A stretch of DNA of 43,168 nt, taken from the IMG/VR virus record IMGVR_UViG_3300025146_000006; one strand, written 5' to 3'. The DNA comes from a virus. Under the pieces are notes generated by a model, which was given only the letters and a program-made list of their open reading frames with translations, searched no databases and was not told the origin of the DNA. Made by a program: the position numbers and the translations under genes. Below, piece by piece: positions 40,309 to 43,168 of this stretch (positions are counted from its first letter, which is position 1; every line of letters begins with the position of its first letter).

Positions 40309-40437
40309 GTGCCGCGTGATCTCCCGACGAACGGCGCCCGGCAGACGGCGCTCGTCCTCCTGGGCCAACTCGAGCAGCTCCAGGCGAAGCTCGCGGAGAA
40401 GATCCGACACGTCAAAGACCTGGCCGAGGTGCTGTAG
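40309..40437 (+). CDS. Small helical protein; the start is uncertain (GTG 40309 or TTG 40222)
   Basis: The C-terminal part (TALVLLGQLEQLQAKLAEKIRHVKDLAEVL) looks coding. The upstream part of the ORF is Arg/Pro/Gly-rich. Confidence 0.4.
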   Translation: MPRDLPTNGARQTALVLLGQLEQLQAKLAEKIRHVKDLAEVL

Positions 40438-40456
40438 TGACCCGCCCCTGTCTGCG

Positions 40457-40570
40457 GTGTCACGAGCCGCTCGTCCCGGATCTCTCCTCTGCCAGCAGTG
40501 TGGCAAGCGCCGTGAGTCCGTCGGGCATCCGCTGTGCGAGGCGTGCCGGCTGGCACGGAGGACGTCATGA
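40457..40570 (+). CDS. Zinc-ribbon micro-protein (CQQC...CEAC); it may be the 3' part of a frameshifted gene starting at 40437
   Basis: ...LLCQQCGKRRESVGHPLCEACRLARRTS. The stop overlaps the ATG at 40567 (ATGA). GC3 favours this frame only after about 40490. Confidence 0.4.
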   Translation: MSRAARPGSLLCQQCGKRRESVGHPLCEACRLARRTS

Positions 40571-40830
40571 CCGACGACACGCAGGCGACACACCCGGTCC
40601 AGACACGACAGCCCGTCTACCGCGGGGCGCGGGTCAGCACGAAGGTCTCGCTGCTCGCCTACGAGGTCTACGTGGCCTTGTACGGCCCGCAGGAGGCGCT
40701 CGTCACCGGGGACTGCCGCGGCGGGTTCGGTGCCGGTGAGTTGATCGCGCTCCTGTACGCCCGAACATTCCCGAGAGAGGAGTGGCATCGGCGCTTCCGG
40801 GAGGCGTGCGATGGGATGAAGTGCCTATGA
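40567..40830 (+). CDS. Small hypothetical protein
   Basis: 87 aa: MTDDTQATHPVQTRQPVYRGARVSTKVSLLAYEVYVALYGPQEAL... Confidence 0.55.
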   Translation: MTDDTQATHPVQTRQPVYRGARVSTKVSLLAYEVYVALYGPQEALVTGDCRGGFGAGELIALLYARTFPREEWHRRFREACDGMKCL

Positions 40831-41153
40831 CTGACGACACGCCGATGAACCCGACCCCCGAGGAGCGGGCGCGTGTGGAGGCGCGGCACGGTGTCGAGGC
40901 GCGGCACGGTGTCGAGGCGCTGGCGCGGGAGATTCACGATCATCTCGCGTTGCCACACCTGCTCTGTCGAGAGTGTGCCGAGGCGTTAGCTCGCCACGCC
41001 CTCGCGTTCGCCCGCGCGCGGGTGCCAAGCGAGGACGAGCTTATGCGTGTATTGTTGAGCACTTACCAGGTTGCCCCGACAAAGATCGTGCGTGCGAACG
41101 CTCGCTCTATCCGCGCCGAGATGCTCGCCCGGCTGGGCGGGGAGGAGGGGTGA
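40827..41153 (+). CDS. Small hypothetical protein containing an 18-bp tandem repeat
   Basis: 108 aa with a VEARHG-VEARHG-VEA repeat and CREC. Confidence 0.55.
   Translation: MTDDTPMNPTPEERARVEARHGVEARHGVEALAREIHDHLALPHLLCRECAEALARHALAFARARVPSEDELMRVLLSTYQVAPTKIVRANARSIRAEMLARLGGEEG
40875..40920 (+). repeat. 18-bp tandem repeat, about 2.5 copies (GTSGAGGCGCGGCACGGT)
   Basis: Copies lie at 40875-40892 and 40893-40910, with a partial copy at 40911-40920. The repeat is in frame. Confidence 0.85.
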
Positions 41154-41407
41154 TGAGCGACCCGCTGGCGGAGATGATTCAGGCGCGCCTCGGCGCTGAG
41201 TGGCGTTGTGCGCCCGCCCTCGCCGCCGCCGTGCGCGCCTACTGGCGGGAGCGCCGGCCGACGCGGGAGGAGGTCATGGCGCGGATGCCGGTTGCGGCGT
41301 GCTGCCGCAGCAAAGACGGCTTCAATGAACACGACTGCTACGCCCCCAAAGCCGCCGCAGCGATCTGCGCCCTCTTCGACCGCGTGTGGGGGGAAGCGCG
41401 TGGCTGA
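41153..41407 (+). CDS. Small hypothetical protein
   Basis: 84 aa with a 1-nt TGATG stop-start overlap (upstream stop TGA 41151-41153, ATG at 41153). Confidence 0.5.
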   Translation: MSDPLAEMIQARLGAEWRCAPALAAAVRAYWRERRPTREEVMARMPVAACCRSKDGFNEHDCYAPKAAAAICALFDRVWGEARG

Positions 41408-41425
41408 GCGCACGAGGAGGACGCG

Positions 41426-41569
41426 ATGATCCCCGAGTGCTCCAAATGCAGCCGAGCCGCCGCGTGCTGGGACTGCGGCGCCTGTGCCTTCCACTGTCGG
41501 TGCGACGACGAGCCGGACGACGACCCCGGCGACGACGAGGAGGAGGAACTCGATGACGAACAAGATTGA
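41426..41569 (+). CDS. 47-aa Cys-rich protein with a poly-acidic tail, absent from the supplied ORF track
   Basis: It has a GAGGAGG RBS. The translation is MIPECSKCSRAAACWDCGACAFHCRCDDEPDDDPGDDEEEELDDEQD. Confidence 0.5.
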   Translation: MIPECSKCSRAAACWDCGACAFHCRCDDEPDDDPGDDEEEELDDEQD

Positions 41570-41583
41570 GAGGAGGGGGCGCG

Positions 41584-41814
41584 ATGGGTCCTGAGGTTTC
41601 TGGGGCCCAAGATTTCATCTGGCCGGCCGTCTCGGCCGGGGATGACTGCGGCGAGTTCTCCCCGCGCGACCTCCCGCCGATGCAGCCGATCGAGCTGCGC
41701 GCGGAACCGGCCGCGGAGTTCTTCGAGTGGCTCAAGGATCGGATTGCCATCTGCGGGCACGGGCAGGTCTCTGTCACCTGCGGGCCGTGCATGGCGCCGT
41801 GGCTGCAACGATGA
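41584..41814 (+). CDS. Small hypothetical protein
   Basis: 76 aa with a GAGAGGAGGGGG RBS. It contains C-terminal CGH...CGPC. Confidence 0.5.
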   Translation: MGPEVSGAQDFIWPAVSAGDDCGEFSPRDLPPMQPIELRAEPAAEFFEWLKDRIAICGHGQVSVTCGPCMAPWLQR

Positions 41815-42254
41815 AGGTCTACGTCGCCACGAGCTGGAAGAACGCGCACCAACCCGACGTCGTGGCCTTCCTCCGCGGCGCCGGCCACGAGGTCTACGAT
41901 TTCCGCCATCCCGAAACGGGCAACGACGGCTTCCACTGGACGGCCATCGACGGAGGCTGGCGCGAGTGGGATGCCCATCGCTACCTCGCGGCCCTGCGGC
42001 ATCCCGTGGCCGAGCGCGGGTTCGCGCTCGACATGAACGCATTGCGCTGGTGCGACGCCTGCGTGCTCGTCTTGCCGTGCGGCCGAAGCGCCCATCTCGA
42101 AGCGGGATGGGCGGCAGGCGCCGGCAAGGTCCTCGTCATCTACATCCCCGACTACGACACGCCCGAGCTGATGTACGGCATGGCGGGCGCGATCGTGACC
42201 ACGCTGGCCGATATCGAGATCGCGCTCTTCGGCGCGGAGCAGGCCCGGCGATGA
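41811..42254 (+). CDS. Nucleoside 2-deoxyribosyltransferase-fold protein
   Basis: 147 aa. It opens MKVYVATSWKN and contains LPCGRSAHLEAGWAAGAGKVLVIY, which fits the family pattern. Confidence 0.55.
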   Translation: MKVYVATSWKNAHQPDVVAFLRGAGHEVYDFRHPETGNDGFHWTAIDGGWREWDAHRYLAALRHPVAERGFALDMNALRWCDACVLVLPCGRSAHLEAGWAAGAGKVLVIYIPDYDTPELMYGMAGAIVTTLADIEIALFGAEQARR

Positions 42255-42712
42255 ATGTCATCCGGTTCTGGGTGAGCGGTGTGCCGAAGGCCCTTTCCGT
42301 CGGCAGCTCGTTCCGTTTCAAGAAGAACGGCGTCGATACCCACATCCAGGGCCGGCGGAACACGGACTGGGCCGTCCTCATCGGCCACATCGGCCGCGAG
42401 CACGCACCGGAGCGGCCGTCCGAGGTCGGCGTCGCGCTCACGCTGCGCTTCTTCGTGCCGCGGCCGACAACGGCGGGCCGCAAGGTCACGCTGCCGCTCA
42501 AGCGCCCGGACATCGACAACCTCTTCCACAAGCTCATGGACCAGTGGAACGGCGTCTTTTGGCGGGACGACAGCCAGGTCGTCGACCTGGTCGTGCGCAA
42601 GCGCTTCGCGCGCGACGGGCGGACGGGCGTCGAGGTCCTGATCGAGCCGGTGTTCGAGGATCTCGAGCCCGTGCAGACCGAGCTCGCAAGTCACGTCGCG
42701 GAAGGGAGGTGA
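42251..42712 (+). CDS. rusA: RusA-family Holliday junction resolvase
   Basis: 153 aa with LKRPDIDNLFHKLMDQWNGVFWRDDSQVVDL. Confidence 0.8.
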   Translation: MNVIRFWVSGVPKALSVGSSFRFKKNGVDTHIQGRRNTDWAVLIGHIGREHAPERPSEVGVALTLRFFVPRPTTAGRKVTLPLKRPDIDNLFHKLMDQWNGVFWRDDSQVVDLVVRKRFARDGRTGVEVLIEPVFEDLEPVQTELASHVAEGR

Positions 42713-42718
42713 AGACCC

Positions 42719-43009
42719 ATGAAGATCGGTGACCACGTCCTCTACGTGGACGCGCTCAGCCGGCCGCGGCACGCGCTGGTGACGGCGGTGTGGAACCAGC
42801 CAGGCTACACGCCGACGACGCCGGAGCCGGGGCTCAACCTCGTGCTCGTCTCGCACGACGAGGCGAAGGACGACCCCTACGGCCGGCAGATCGAGCGCGA
42901 GACCTCGGTCGTACACGTCTCGAATCAGCCGGCGCCCGGCGCCTACTGGTGCCGCGAGCACGAGTACGACGCGGACCGGGACGTCACGCTCCGGATCGCG
43001 AACCCGTAA
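42719..43009 (+). CDS. Small hypothetical protein
   Basis: 96 aa with a GGGAGG RBS. It is the last ORF before the circular junction. Confidence 0.55.
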   Translation: MKIGDHVLYVDALSRPRHALVTAVWNQPGYTPTTPEPGLNLVLVSHDEAKDDPYGRQIERETSVVHVSNQPAPGAYWCREHEYDADRDVTLRIANP

Positions 43010-43069
43010 CCCCTGACCCGTCGCGCGGAACCGATGAGGGACCGACAGCGCGGCGGCACGAAGGAGCCG

Positions 43070-43168
43070 AGGATGCCCAAGCCCACGACCGTGAAGCTCA
43101 GCGGCAGGGCGTCGCCCTCCACCTTAGGGGAGGTGGGGCGATGAACGCTCCCGGTCTGACCTGGAAGC
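43070..43168. repeat. Terminal overlap, copy 2 (identical to 1..99)
   Basis: Exact 99-nt match to the window start. This length is typical of an assembler k-mer overlap. Confidence 0.95.

Noticed and set aside
40567-40845. Two consecutive genes both start ATGAC(C/T)GACGACACGC (MTDDT...), considered as a possible repeat or recombination site.
   Set aside because: The match is only about 16 nt, the downstream protein sequences are unrelated, and both starts are ATGA overlaps. This is too short to distinguish from chance.
1-43168. A search for tRNA genes, CRISPR arrays, integrase or recombinase, transposase, reverse transcriptase/DGR and known multi-gene defence systems.
   Set aside because: The non-coding gaps (1478-1659, 2357-2477, 31635-31794, 40226-40308, 43010-43072) are short and show no T-loop or cloverleaf features or spaced repeats. 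No ORF shows integrase, RT or transposase motifs by eye. This is not exhaustive without tRNAscan or HMM searches.

Overview
The window is a complete, circularly closed phage genome. Bases 1-99 are identical to 43070-43168, so the unique length is about 43,069 bp. By eye it is high-GC dsDNA (about 65-70% GC).

The architecture looks podovirus-like. It has a T7-gp8-like portal, an N4-gp56-like HK97-fold capsid protein, and adaptor, nozzle and fibre genes. I saw no tape-measure, tube or sheath genes.

I call about 80 tightly packed genes, and all but one are on the + strand. More than 30 gene junctions are 4-nt ATGA/GTGA stop-start overlaps.

Modules in order:
- A Zn-ribbon micro-ORF, a RepA/AAA_25-type helicase and an iteron-rich putative origin (4-1660).
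- An HTH protein, an HNH endonuclease and the terminase (1660-7447).
- A portal, scaffold and capsid block (10439-15726).
- Adaptor, nozzle and tail fibre genes (16830-21458).
- A GNAT followed by three large internal-virion-like proteins (21455-26088).
- A second fibre/LamG module (27242-29922).
- A lysis cassette with a YkuD/Tlde1-fold lysin (30151-31634).
- Early micro-genes, many of them single-TM or CxxC zinc-ribbon proteins (31795-33448 and 40055-41814).
- An MT-A70 methylase (33495-34088).
- A recombination module with a RecE-like exonuclease, an SbcC-like ATPase and a Sak4-like ATPase (34733-37956), plus RusA further on (42251-42712).
- A lower-GC island carrying an RHH protein and a complete type II restriction-modification pair (38316-40049).

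The most unusual feature is in the packaging module. The large terminase is encoded as two separate ORFs, an ATPase half (3288-4130) and a nuclease half (6572-7447). Around the nuclease half sits a cell-envelope cassette spanning about 6.3 kb (4127-10439). It contains two paralogous Wzy_C/O-antigen-ligase-like polytopic membrane proteins and five signal-peptide or membrane-anchored proteins.

I saw no integrase, DNA polymerase, RNA polymerase, tRNA or CRISPR array. All functional calls rest on motifs read by eye in the translations. No database search was run.
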